This document shows, piece after piece, positions 1 through 12,349 of a stretch of 64,000 bases of DNA. The position numbers and the translations under genes were made by a program. Below the pieces are notes generated by a model. That model was not told the DNA's origin, ran no database searches, and worked only from the letters and a program-made list of their open reading frames with translations. Position 1 is the first letter of the stretch. Each line of letters begins with the position of its first letter. Origin of the DNA: Lingula anatina. Lineage: Eukaryota; Animalia; Brachiopoda. Location of the stretch: positions 11,160,001 to 11,224,000 of the forward strand of contig CM120649.1 in NCBI GenBank assembly GCA_051362555.1, read 5' to 3'.

Positions 1-71
1 TTCACAAGGGTCATCTACTGGTTAAATGTGTCGCTTCCTCAACTAAAAGTCAAGATAAAATAAATGTTTAT

Positions 72-380
72 TTAAATGGATGAGAATTGTCGTTTTGGTA
101 AAAAGACGGGTTTTCCTGGAGTAAAAGAAATTTTCCATTGCTTACCAATGGTTGAATAAATCCATTCCGACATTCAAAGTTAGTCCATGATTTTTTTCTC
201 AAAAAAATTTCTTTTGTAATAATCTCTTTGAAATTATTATGGAGGTATGCTCATCTATGAAGGTCCACTTTCTAGTGGCAAGCAAAGATTCCAAAATAAT
301 TGCGATAACCACTGTTATGGTGGTAAAATGAGTTGTTTACTGTTTATTGTGAAATTAAATCTCGTATGTTATCCCTTTAA
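72..380 (+). mobile_element. Diverged copy of the TTAA-flanked MITE at 2707-3043
   Basis: Shares internal blocks (ttttcctggagtaaa, ttaccaatg, atccatt..acattcaaagtt, tttattgtgaaat) and the end atccctttaa with 2707-3043. Confidence 0.6.
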
Positions 381-2706
381 AATCTTCTTCGTTGTTTTAA
401 AAGCTTGTAAACACACCAAGTTACATTGCCGAACATTCAATCAGTCTGAATCAGAAAGGTACACTAGAAACTCTTCTTTAATAACGATTTTACACCAGCC
501 CACTTTAAAATGGAGAGACATTGTAACAAATTTTATGAAGACGGGTCTTTTATTATTATTGTCCAATTTTTTTTTTTTAGAATAAACTGCCTTTTTATAC
601 ACGTATAATAATAATAGCTTTATTCAGTGTAGCGTATGCATCCTAAGGGTAGATGAAAATGACAATAATAATGTCATTATAAAAACTATACTTTTGAACA
701 ATTATAATATATTATGAAAGCTGAAAAATTTAGAAGGACATTTGCTTAGGCCCAACTTACAATGTAATACTGTACTCCCTTTACTCCCCCCTCCTCCCCC
801 AAAAAAGTGTGTCACCCCTAACGCAATGCGTTAAGCCTTGGTCACAACCGGACACACGAATTTCAGGATCATACATGTACATGTACGTGCCCTGCGAATT
901 TTGGGTTAGGCAGTAGAATCCGTGGAAATCGTAGAGGAAAGGTTGCAATGGAAAGGCGTAAGTCTGCCTTGCGAGTCGCAGGGCCACGTGAGATGTCCTT
1001 TCAAGCAGGGATTGCAAGGTGCGATGGCCGTGGAAATTGTACTCATTTTTGTCTTGCTACTTGTGTGTTTGTCTTGCTACTTGTGTCCGTTTTGCCTCCT
1101 GTTCTCCCCTTCTTTCATCTTCCTCCTCCCTTTTTTTCTGCTCTCTAAGCTTCTTTCCTCTCCTTTTGGAGGCATATCGGAATCTGAAGTGAGCAAAATT
1201 CGACATTTTTGAAAATTGTTGTGCACGTTGCACATTCGACGCTACATTGCCGAGACACGAGCGTGCGTCGTGAGCACGTCTTCTATACTCTTGGCGTGGG
1301 GATGACGTGCGACGCACTCCTGCCGTGCTTTTGATTTGTTCGTTAGCTGTGAGAGTGTGCGCCGTACTCAACACGCAAAGGACACTTGCTCCTTCATTGC
1401 TTGCGACGCACATCTCACTTGCGAAGTACATTTATGCTATATTTTATTATTTACAAATGTTCTGCTTCTCTCAAATTCTTTAAAAACAAGAGAACCCTTT
1501 ATCTGCCTTTCTGTGTTAATTTTTACAAGATGTGCATTTGCTGAGTAGGCCTATCGTTTCTACATTACTTACTTCTTTATTTTTGATAGATTGAAGGAAT
1601 GTATAGTGAAATAGGGTCTATGTGCGCATTGGTTCAGTAAACAGACTTTTGGGTCAAGAATATTCCATTTTAAGTGAAAAAAATATAGATGAACAAAGAA
1701 CAAAACATTTTCGACAGTTTTAACCGGCCTCGATAAACTTCACCATGTAATGCATTTGAGATCCCCAGGCGGCAAAACCAGTGGCGGATTTCGATGGGGG
1801 GTGGGGGTTCTGCACCCCCCCCCCCCCCCCCCCCCCCATCTCCCTTCGTTTTCTTGTCCCTCTTGAAATTAAAATTTACGACTCAAAAAGTGTTTTTCGT
1901 CCCCAGGCAAATTGATAGTAACACGAAGACCTTTGCCTCCCGCATTTGGAAGAGTCCAATTTATGGACCAATCAAAATACCGTTACTATTTATAGACTTG
2001 GTAAGCTTGTCAGTTTCATGGACGACAGCGAAGCTTAGGGAAGATGCATTACCGAAAATCACGAGCTTTCTACAAAAATGTCGCTCGTTAGCGGCCTGTT
2101 ACAAGTGTTTTTGATACTGGGAAGTGTCAATGAAGGGAGATATGTTAATCCTGAGGACAGCGTTTTAAGGGAAGCGAGATGTAAGGCGAGGTGTCTAAGC
2201 GAGCTTGAAGAGAGATCCGCGGGGACACACGTGAGTTTATATCTAGCCTAACTTCGACGGAATCTGCAGTATAGAGATCCAATATTATACGTTAGCACTA
2301 TTTACTCGTCTCCAGACGATGCTGTGTGCTTAGTAGTTATTTTTAGTATATAGAACTAGCTCCTAAATTCAGAGGAATAATTAAAAATTATAAGTGTAAG
2401 AGCCAGTACATAGAGGCCATGTAAATACAGGTATTTACACTATATTAGTGCAATCATTTGACAACGTTGACCCTATATGTTGCCTGTTTGTTTAACGATG
2501 TGTGTGTTAGTGAGAGAGAGAGAGAGAGAGAGAAATGCTGGACCAGTATGCTTTGTTAAACTTTTAGGGTAAGGGAGGACCAATACTCATGAGTCAAGGC
2601 ACCATTTGCAATATTTTTTGTCACTCTCAATTCATAGATGGAATTGAATTTACTGATGCATAAATAGCCAAACTTAGTTCAGTTCTTGAAATTGGAATAT
2701 TATTAA

Positions 2707-3043
2707 AGGGATAATAACTCTTCGTTTCGGCCAAAAAATGAATTTTCCTGGAGTAAACAACAATTTTCCCATACTTACCAATGATTAATGAATCCATTTT
2801 TACATTCAAAGTTTGTCCCTGGTTTTTTTCTTTAAAGTTTGGTTTTTTGTTAAAATCTCTTAAGAGATTTTAACAGAATATAGCCATCAGTGGAGGTCAC
2901 GTGGTCTAAAGACAAGCTCAGATATCAGAATAATAGCTATAATTGCCATTTTTGTGGTAAAACAGAATATATTATATTTCTATGAGTTATTCACAATGTT
3001 TTTATTGTGAAATATAGATCTCATACGAAGAGTTATTATCCCT
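2707..3043. mobile_element. Non-autonomous TIR element with TTAA target duplication (Kolobok-like MITE)
   Basis: TTAA|AGGGATAATAACTCTTCG ... CGAAGAGTTATTATCCCT|TTAA: 18-bp perfect TIR with TTAA on both sides. One end recurs inverted at ~11917-12003. Confidence 0.75.
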
Positions 3044-6000
3044 TTAAATAGTGATGTAGAACTATGCTATCCAAGCGTTTTATCATTATTTTATTAGTCT
3101 TTTTATAAATAAGGGTCCACAGACAGTGTATCTTAAAGTGTAATCCTTGGAATAAAAAAATGTGGTGAATGGAGAAAAAAAAAAAAAAGACTTCCATAGA
3201 AGCTTTTTGACAGGGTTTCTTTAAGTGTTTTTTTTAAAGTATCTTTATAAATAAGGATATAGCCATAAAAAATGTCATATCCAAAATGTCCTTAGTTAGA
3301 ATAAAAGTAGAATAAAAATGATAATTATGACTAAAACAATTGGTTTCCAATGCAGAGCATGATAACATGAAGTAATAAAATTCAAACAAATAGGTATGGC
3401 TATTCTTATGTTCATTCTGTAGAGTTAGAAATGCCATCAAATACCCAATTAAGTTGTTAACTTGTAAATTAAAGAATGCATGGTATAGAAATGACTTGAA
3501 GGAATTTGTGAAAGTGGACAATTATGCTGAAGTTGGTAACTTGTACCAATAGGAACAGCGGATGGCTGCGACTAGCACTGTTTTTTTACAAAAAACTGTG
3601 ATGAGACTATCGAGGCTATCCATAGGTATGGGATGATTGATTGCAAACATTCACTTCTTAAAAAATATGTAAGTTAATTTGACAGCTCATTGAGTAGGGG
3701 CTGTTTTAGAACTCGTCTATTCTTTACCTTTGAATCCACTTTCAAGAATGTATTTTATCTTTTCTAGATCACACACACACACACACACACACGCACGCAC
3801 GCACGCACGCACGCACACACACGGGTATATCAATGTATACATGTTTCATTGTCACCAGTGTCCCATGTATGTTTATACTCTATTGGTCTATTATATCTTT
3901 GTTAAAATAGCAGTTTGTAGCTGAAAGCTGTACTTTCTAAAGTTTTATCATAAAATGAGCCCTAGCTCTTAGAAAACACAAAGGTCTACAAGAAATTTAC
4001 AGGTTCCATCTTCCCCAATAATCACAAAAAAAATACTCTTTAATGAAATGTTCCCAGCTTGTACAGGGACATTCACTTGCAAAAGACTTGTCAGTTTTCT
4101 GATCTGGAATTGCTCATAAGCAGTTTCACTTAAAACAAAGTAGAATGGGACCGACCGTAGTGTCTTTCTTGAGGCCATCCCCTTTGTTGCTGTGTGTATA
4201 CAAAAGGCCCAATAATGGAAGCCTTCTAGGCAACATCTAGTTTAAACCTGCAACAGAGACATCCTGACAGCTTACTTGACAGGCAAATTACATGTTTGAC
4301 ACAGCAAGTGTTGGGTTTCCTTTTAGGGGGTTTTAAAAATTCAATTTTTTTTTAAACCAGGCAAATCCCAATTCAGACAATTATCGAAAATTGCCACTAT
4401 TGGACATAGCAGTACAATAGACAAAGTGTAACATTCGCTAGAATTCTGACAGACAAATTAGAGGTCTGACATAGCGTGTCTCATGTTTCTTTATTCTTGC
4501 TCTGACGTGTTGTCTGGACATGAAAAGTCATGTATGATCAGGTGTCAGAGAGAACTACTGGGGAAATATAAATAAAATACCAGCCCCCAGGCAAATTGAA
4601 GTTTATATTCAGAAAATGGAGACAAGCAAATTTTACACCTTTTAATTTAAAGTTTACTTTTTCACAAAAAGTACACTGTTTATTAGAGACCTATAGACTG
4701 GATTTTTTATGCGTTTAAAAGAAAATAAATGCTTGATGTTTTTAGAAAATCAAAACATTGGATAAATTTGAAAAAAAAAAGAAAAAAAAACAACACAGTA
4801 CACCTTTTTACATTGTTATGAAAAAGAATGATATTTTAGAAGATTGATTACATTAAAAATAATAAGAGACAAATTAATTAAAAAAATGCAGATTGAAAAG
4901 TTGGTTTATCTGTTGCTATGTCTTCAAATGCTAAATGTTTGAAAAGAAAAATAGAAGGAAAAAAAATACAAAATACTTCAAAAATTTCCAGTAAGTATTT
5001 ACCATAGCACACCATATCAGTGAACATGTACTCCTTTTGCCAAACTATTTTAATGTGTGAGAAGAAATGTTTTCTAAACAAAGGGGTTAAGCAATTAGAA
5101 AGATGAGATTTTTGTTGGGATCTACATTTAATTCTCCCGCAGAGCTTCTTGATTGATCATTTGCAGCTGTGAAGAGAAAAAAAAAGAGAGTAAAGAACAG
5201 TGGGAAACAGAAAAGGAGAGAGTTGGTGGGAGGTAGAGAGAGGGGGACAACAAGGAGAGGGAATTAGAGCCAAAATAGAGAAGTGGGGAAGAAAAGGTGA
5301 GGGCCTGGGTTGTCAACAGAAAATGGGTGGGGGGTGGACTAAAAAGATGAAGAGTGTTTTCCTTTTTACAGCCATCAGTGAGATATTTTATAGACTTCAA
5401 TAAGTTGCAATATGCCCCCCCCCCCCAATCTGTCCTCATTTCTTTCAAAGGTTGATACATGTGATGTATCAGACCTACAGTAACTCAAGGCTTTATAATT
5501 AGCCAACGCTTCAACACTGGTAAAAACATCATTACTCTAAAAATTTGAACACCAATATATAATTTTCCCTTAAAATAAGTAATGTAAGTAACACATCGCT
5601 ATTAATTAAAATGTTTTGAAAAGTGTGAGAAAGTACATTCTTGTGTAGGTCTGAAAATGAAATGATAAATCTTGAATTACTGTTTACACATACAATGTAA
5701 GAGAAAGAAGGGAATCTGAAAATGTCAAGTAATTACCGTATAACCCTGAATGGGGTTCCCTTTCTCAATGCCTTTCAAAACACACTGTACACCAACAGTA
5801 AACACATAGAGCAGTGCCCTTCCCTTTTCTCTGTGGAGATAATCCCCACACTGGACCACTATACAATTAACATTGGCTTATATTAAGGAGTGGGGATATA
5901 TTGTGGATGCTATAGCTCTAGAGTTATAATCACAAAATTTTGGAGTTTGGAAACTGCTTTCATTTGATTTGATTCGAGTAGGTGTAAATCTGAAAAAAAA

Positions 6001-6116
6001 AGAAAAAAACAGGTTTTCTGAGGATTTTATTTTTCATGACCACTAAACATTTTTTTACATTCAGTGAATGCTTTATTTAGGATTTTTCAAATCTCTCCGT
6101 CTCCACACACACTCTA

Positions 6117-6118
<2 letters not shown>

Positions 6119-6156
<38 letters not shown>
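6119..6156. repeat. (CA)n microsatellite
   Basis: Direct reading; a (CA)n/(CGCA)n tract also lies at ~3770-3822. Confidence 0.9.
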
Positions 6157-6158
<2 letters not shown>

Positions 6159-7960
6159 CTTCTGACACACAAAAATACATACATTCTTCCTCTCCTCGCC
6201 CACACACGCACATGCAATGAGAGAGCATTCCGTGTGACATTCAAGCACGGTGGCATTGTCAGCGCTAAGAGGAAGCACATTGTGTAACTTGTACTAATGT
6301 TGAGGGGGAGAAGGCCTTGTTTGGACAAAGAAAGCATTGAACACAATGGCAAGGGTTGACTCTGTAAACTTGTGGGGTCGCCTGGGCATGCCCTGCAGTT
6401 TCCTGTGCTTTATGCCTCTGAGGCGAAGGGGCCATTTCAAATTAAGTGAACTTTGATGATAAAGAACAGAAAAACGTGTGAAGGGAGAGCTTACCACTTC
6501 CCTTGATTCCTTTGCTGGGGACGGTTTCATGAAAGAAAAGTGGAAAAAAATTATGTAAACTTTAGGAGCAAAAATTTGGTCTTCTGCAATTTAAGATTAG
6601 TCCGTAAAAATTGACTTAGATAAAAAAGAAATTGGTCTGAAATAGTTAGCCTTGTTTTTTTAATATAAATGATATAATTTTCTTCGGCCACAGAAACATC
6701 AAAAATTGTAACCCAATGCCACACATACATACTAGTAAGATGATTCTAGGGGTTATCTTTTCATGTTTCATTAAAAAGTCCAGGTCACTGACTTGACTAA
6801 AATTATTTATAATTGCTTACATATTTTACCATCTGGAAAAATCAATAATGTATCAGTATGCAATAAGTTTGCATATATTAGTACAACTGTTTTTAAGGTC
6901 TGAACACTACATTGAGAGGAACGTTATCGAGTCTAATTTCATAAAATCTGGATAAATGTTGAAGAGAAGTTGTAGATAAACAGATAGCAAATTTCTCCTT
7001 GTTTTCTTGAAAATAGGGGAGGGGGGGTGCACATTTGTGAAAGACTGAGTTTCCAGTTCGGATTTTGTCTATTACGAAATAGATGCTGTACATACACATA
7101 ATACTGACAGTACAAATCCCCTTTGCTTCTCACATAAAAGATTTTGAGTCCAGCCCTTTCTATTCAGGAGGAAAGTCGCCCAGTTGGTGGTTCTTAACAA
7201 GTCTTAAATTTCACTTCTATTAAATGTGAGGCTTGACTTTGGATTACAAGCACCCTGCGGGTCTTCTGTGTGCACCCTGCGTGTGTAGGTGATTTTACTG
7301 TGTAACGGAGCAGGCGGTTCAGTTGAAATCTATACAGATGTGACATTCAGCACTCAAAAATCCCAATTTTTATATAAAACAGACCTTTCCCAAGGAAAAG
7401 ACTAATTACTAAAAGGGATAAACGAATTAAAAAATATAAGGGAACCTGGTTTAGGTCAACATTAAAATTTCATTTTTTATCCTTTTGGAAGCCTGTCTGT
7501 CATGAAAATGTCATCAAAATTTGTGAGAAACTTTTTGAGATAGATTTCTTGTGACTTTTCTCTTTATGATTAGTGGACAATGCCCATTAATTATAAAAAG
7601 ACAAACCAATGCCAATCAGTGGATGGAAACTTTAATATAACCTCCTTCAGTGGCTCCAGCACACACATTTCTAGGACACCACATTTGACTTTGTGAAGAT
7701 ATTTGTTGCCACGTACTACTAATATCAGCCTCTTTGGTGATAATGAGACTTAGCTTTAGATGGGAAGAATCTGTTTTTCTGTGCTCATCAGCCATATGTA
7801 TACATGTACTTTTCCACAGATGCATGGTTTTCTCTGATTTTTAATTCCATTCAAATGGAGCTGAAAGCGGGTCCCAGACCCACAACTGATAGAATGTTTG
7901 GTCTCGTGGTAGATTTTCTAACATTATTTAACACCCCTGGCAAATGTATGGGCACTTCAT

Positions 7961-8691
7961 AATAGGAGTTGTCCGGGATAGGACCAAATCTCGCCCAGCA
8001 TATAAATTTGGTGTGAGATTGTACGAGATCCAGTTCAAGATGGGGGTTAAAATATGGCGAACACGCGGAACAAAGACGGCGATTTTTCTGGTTGGAAAAA
8101 AGCAGAACTAACTCAATTTTTGAGTCAGAGACTGGTCAATTTTTCAAGTTATAGAGTAGAAACACTAAGGGAACTTGCACGTGCAGCAGACATGTTGAAT
8201 CTTCCAGTAGTAGAGGCTGATGACTCCGGCAAAGCTGAGCTTGCTTGGAGGACTCTGCCAAGCAGTGGGCAAGTCTTAAAGGGACTCACTGGACAGACGT
8301 TTATTCTTGATTTGACTAATATACCGCCGGTTACCATGCCTGATGTCATGGCATATTTCTTGATTCCTGAACCTTGTGTGGAAAGGAGTGGAAACTCACG
8401 TCCACCATCCATGGGTATTTTCTCAGGTTTCCCTTCTTCGATACAGCTGAATTGCAACCAACAGCACAGCAAAAATAGTTTACCATTACATTGCTCTCTC
8501 TTATATAACATGTCAATGCCAAGTTTTAGGACATTCAGCCCTGCAACACAGGCTTGTGCACGACTGCAAGTGAAGTCGAAATGGAATATTTTAACCCCAC
8601 TTCTCGCAAAATCTCACATGTAATCTTAGTCTCGTATGACGTCATCTGCTGCGCAAAGGTTTAAAACTGGCTATCCCAGACAACTCCTATT
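7961..8691 (+). mobile_element. Internally deleted TIR DNA transposon, probably ISL2EU-like, retaining the 5' end of an ORF
   Basis: AATAGGAGTTGTCCGGGATAG ... CTATCCCAGACAACTCCTATT inverted ends, readable as AT TSD plus AGG...CCT termini. ORF 8054-8623 begins with a SAP-like helix segment (WKKAELTQFLSQRLVNFSSYRVETLRELA) and DLTNIPPVTMPDVMAYF, resembling the N-terminus of the YqaJ-type ORF of such elements; the family call is inference. Confidence 0.65.
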
Positions 8692-8846
8692 GTAAGAGTG
8701 AGCACTGTATATGACATCCCCATCCAACTGTCCTGTTGTGTTTATGCCATTGATGTGAAATCTGAAAATAAAAATTTTAAGGTAATTTTAGAACAAATTT
8801 CACCAGATTTTTGATATTGGAAGTCAAAAATATAAAATGCTCTGTT

Positions 8847-9062
8847 TAGTCTAAATTATGGGAATGAGAGAAGCACTGTATAGTAATGGATTTATGATCA
8901 CAAGTTCCCCAAAAATTAGAAGTCTAAATTATTGGACTAAGGAAGCACTGTACAGTAATGGATTTATGATCACAAGTTCCCCATAAATTAGAAGTCTAAA
9001 TTATTGGAATAAGAAGGCACTGTACAGTAATGGATTTACGATCACAATCTCCCCATAAATAA
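8847..9062. repeat. ~72-bp minisatellite, ~3 copies
   Basis: gcactgtayagtaatggattta.gatcacaa..(t)cccc..aaat at ~8873, ~8945 and ~9017. Confidence 0.85.
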
Positions 9063-9264
9063 GAACTGTGATAAGTATTGTCAGAATTAAGCAAAATACA
9101 TTATCAATTAATTGATTATCAGAATTAAGCAATGTTAACCATTATTAATTAGGTGGGATGATATCAGAAGTGTTTTTTTAGATAAATCATTTAAAAATGC
9201 AACATGGGGGGAAAAAGGGAAAAGTTTAAACCCCAACCCTTCTTAGAACAAGTTTCAGCTAATA

Positions 9265-10954
9265 CAGGGGTCAAAACAGAATTTGGGCAGGACTGGCCAA
9301 TACGGACCAGTGGACCTTAGAGGTACTGGTCCGTACCAAGAAGTACTGGTCCGTAAAATTTTACGTTAAAAATTAGTAGTTTCAAGCTACTAGATATAAC
9401 GTAAACGCATACATGTTTAACATCCATTTTTATTTCTATATGATTATCTAAACACATTCATATTCCAGTCAGTTCCTTTAACTGTTTGTACACATCCTCC
9501 TCTGCTATCTCATCATCATCATAATATATAAAAAATAAAATGGATATATAAAAAATTATTATGAAATAAATATAACTTCTACATATATCCATATTTTAAT
9601 CTTAAAAAATTAATTTAATTTTAATGCCGGGGTTGAACGCGAAACGAAAAAAACTTCTCTCAAACTTTACTAGCCCTAACCAAAAAACACTAGCCCAATT
9701 TGAATAATTCATTTAAAAAGTTTAAGCAGATGCTGTAAAGAGTTGTGGTACCATACTGTACTTTCTTATAAACCTTATCATTGAAGTAGAGCAAGTGAAT
9801 AACAAAGTCAATCAGGTTAATTTCCAGTTGATGGGGTGGTAAAATTAATTAAAAATATATTTAATTCTTTAAATATTGAAAAAATTCTTTTTTTTTAATT
9901 TGTAATACTGAATATAGTTACCCTTACTTTTCATATTTTTATTATATCTTTTTTTCCATTTTTTATATGCAATCAAATTTTTTTAAATTCCTATTCTTTT
10001 TATTGACAATGGCTCTTTTCTGACAATTTATTTCCAATTACATCGGTATATAATGCCACTTCTAATTTAAAATACATAGGTGCTGTAAGGGTAATTAAAC
10101 AAACGTCTTACAATTTTTTTGGTAACAATTCTTTTGGTTATATATTTGTAAAAACAACTTTTCAAGGACTTTACCAGGACAGAGTGTGGAGGGGTAGCCA
10201 TGGCATAAACCGAACTATCCCACATTGTCAAGAATAGTTCATAGGATATTTATGTAACTGCCATGTATTTACTCATGGACATTAAAATTATAAATAAAAA
10301 ATATAAACAAAAAAGGAAATAGAACACTCCACCCCTCAGTCTGCTAAGTGGTCCTAACCTAAATGTTCTATGAGATAACGCATACATTACACTTGCTTCG
10401 GAGACAGTGTTGTTTTGACAAAACCTGTTGCTAGTACCAAAGAATTCTGGTCTGATCCAGTTTCTTGATTGACGGCAATTTGTAGTCATGACAACAAACT
10501 GGTCAAATAAAAAGATGCCGGCACGCTGATCAGACAGACTGCTACTATTTATAACTACAGTGAAGTTATTTATAGCAACTAATCAATATTCAGTAGTTTG
10601 AGCTAGGTGTGAGTTTTTTCAACTGAGAGGCATATCATACTATCTAGAAACGTCAAATTAGAGGCAGGGACAAAGAAGACTGGCGACTCATATTTTTGAA
10701 ATCTTACTGAGTGTTAAAATAGGTTCAAAATTACAGCTAGTGCTTTATAAAATTTCAACTTTTTTACTAGCCCGGTGCCACTTTAGGTGGGCAATTGCCT
10801 CGGGCTAGTGCTTAACGTCGCAGACTGTGGGTTTGGCAACGATGTTCGGCACTTTCCAGCGGTCGCCAAAACGGACCAGTACCCCTGACAGGTAGTCGCC
10901 CGGGTCGTTTCTAAGTCGCATTGGCGAGTGGGCGACCGTCTGTTTCGACCCCTG
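9265..10954. mobile_element. Non-autonomous hAT-like element
   Basis: TIR CAGGGGTC-AAACAGA ... TCTGTTTCGACCCCTG; ctaata flanks both ends (eroded TSD); subterminal ggaccagt and ctagccc motifs; AT-rich non-coding core. Confidence 0.7.
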
Positions 10955-11916
10955 CTAATATATAAGCCAACATAAATATGCCGTGAGTCTGCAGTGTATG
11001 TTTCAAGCATTTTGTTGACTGACCTAAGTCAAGTATTAGGACAGGGAGCTATAATTGCATATGTAAACACTGCTTGAAGCTCGCAGAGCTTGGAAGAGAT
11101 TTAAGGAAGTGGTGTGTTTATATTGTATAGGTCAAGTCCAGTGTTCTTGACTTGATGGTATCTCTGGTGCTTCACACTTTCAGCAAATTGAAGGTGTGGG
11201 TTGTTTTAGGTAATCTGTCTCAAGGACTCTGGCCTTGATGGGCTCTTAAAGTCGGACATGGTCATCAGTAGAGTGTGAAAATATGCAGGGAATGATGCAA
11301 TGATGTGAACTGTACATTGGTGGCCTGCTCACTGTTTACCTCCCAACTTGCATCAAACTGTTGATTTATATTATAAGAGCAGTTACTTCTTAGCTTCTGG
11401 TTGTATATAGGAATATGGCTGCCACAGCATTTTGATTTATTTGCTTGGTGGAAATTTGAATGGAATATGCTGAGATTTTAAGCAGAGATTTAATGGCCAA
11501 GCATTTGAAAATCTTACACTTTGTCAGGTGTCTAAAGTCTCAGTCATTACATAGGGGGATGGGTAGAGGGAGGAAGTGGAGGAGGTGAGGATGAGAGAAA
11601 TGAGGAATAATTAAACTTACTTTTAACTATCTTATAAGTGAATTCTGGTGTGGCATCATACTTGAGTGTGATCCCTGGTGCTCTGTTTTGCTAGGAGTCC
11701 GCTTACCAGTAAAAGAAATAAACAGTTTAGTCTTGCCCGTCTTGCTTCCATCAAAATAAAATAGGAGAAGCATGCAACTTGTACTGACTACAAACTCCTT
11801 ATATACGCTGCATAAATTGTGTTGATAGTGTTTTGAGAGCTGGTATTGGCAAAAATTTGAGCAGAATTTGGGGCGTTATTTCCATTGTAAAGATCCATAA
11901 ATTCTTTTTGATATAC

Positions 11917-12003
11917 TTAAAGGGATAATAACTCTTCATATGAGATCTATATTTCACAATAAAAACATTGTGAATAACTCATAGAAATATAATATATTCA
12001 GTT
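11917..12003 (-). mobile_element. Terminal fragment of the TTAA MITE family
   Basis: Near-identical reverse complement of ~2960-3047. Confidence 0.75.
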
Positions 12004-12349
12004 TATATTCAAGTTTAGTGGTATATGTATTGAAAATGTTATTTTTTCAGGATATTTGACTGATCTTTCATAGAGCTAAGATGCATCTAAATTGTGTCCG
12101 TAATCTGCCAGTAACACCCTGAGTTTCAAGGGGTCCCTGCAGGCACCTTCCATCTCTTCCTCTATTATCAGCATACATTTACCTCTACCATTTCCAGTAA
12201 CCTCTTAAACTCAGGTTTAACCATAGGCCTCTATTTATTGCATCACATTGTATTATTATTATTATTATTATTAATAACAGGTAAACAGTTAAAGGAGATA
12301 AATGTACTCAAATACCTTTTATTCATGATTGTTTTGATTATTTTTTCAG

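Noticed and set aside
781-1548. Overlapping ORFs, including hydrophobic 922-1212, as the anosmin signal-peptide exon
   Set aside because: No ARCxSRC-like anosmin motif or suitable donor found; hydrophobicity comes from a pyrimidine-rich low-complexity tract
1780-2114. Pro/Gly-rich ORF 1794-2114
   Set aside because: Derived from G/C homopolymers of a CAGTGGCGGATTT-type dispersed repeat (a similar start occurs at ~26555)
8054-8623. Stand-alone 189-aa host gene
   Set aside because: Lies between TIRs; only the N-terminal part looks protein-like, consistent with a deleted transposon
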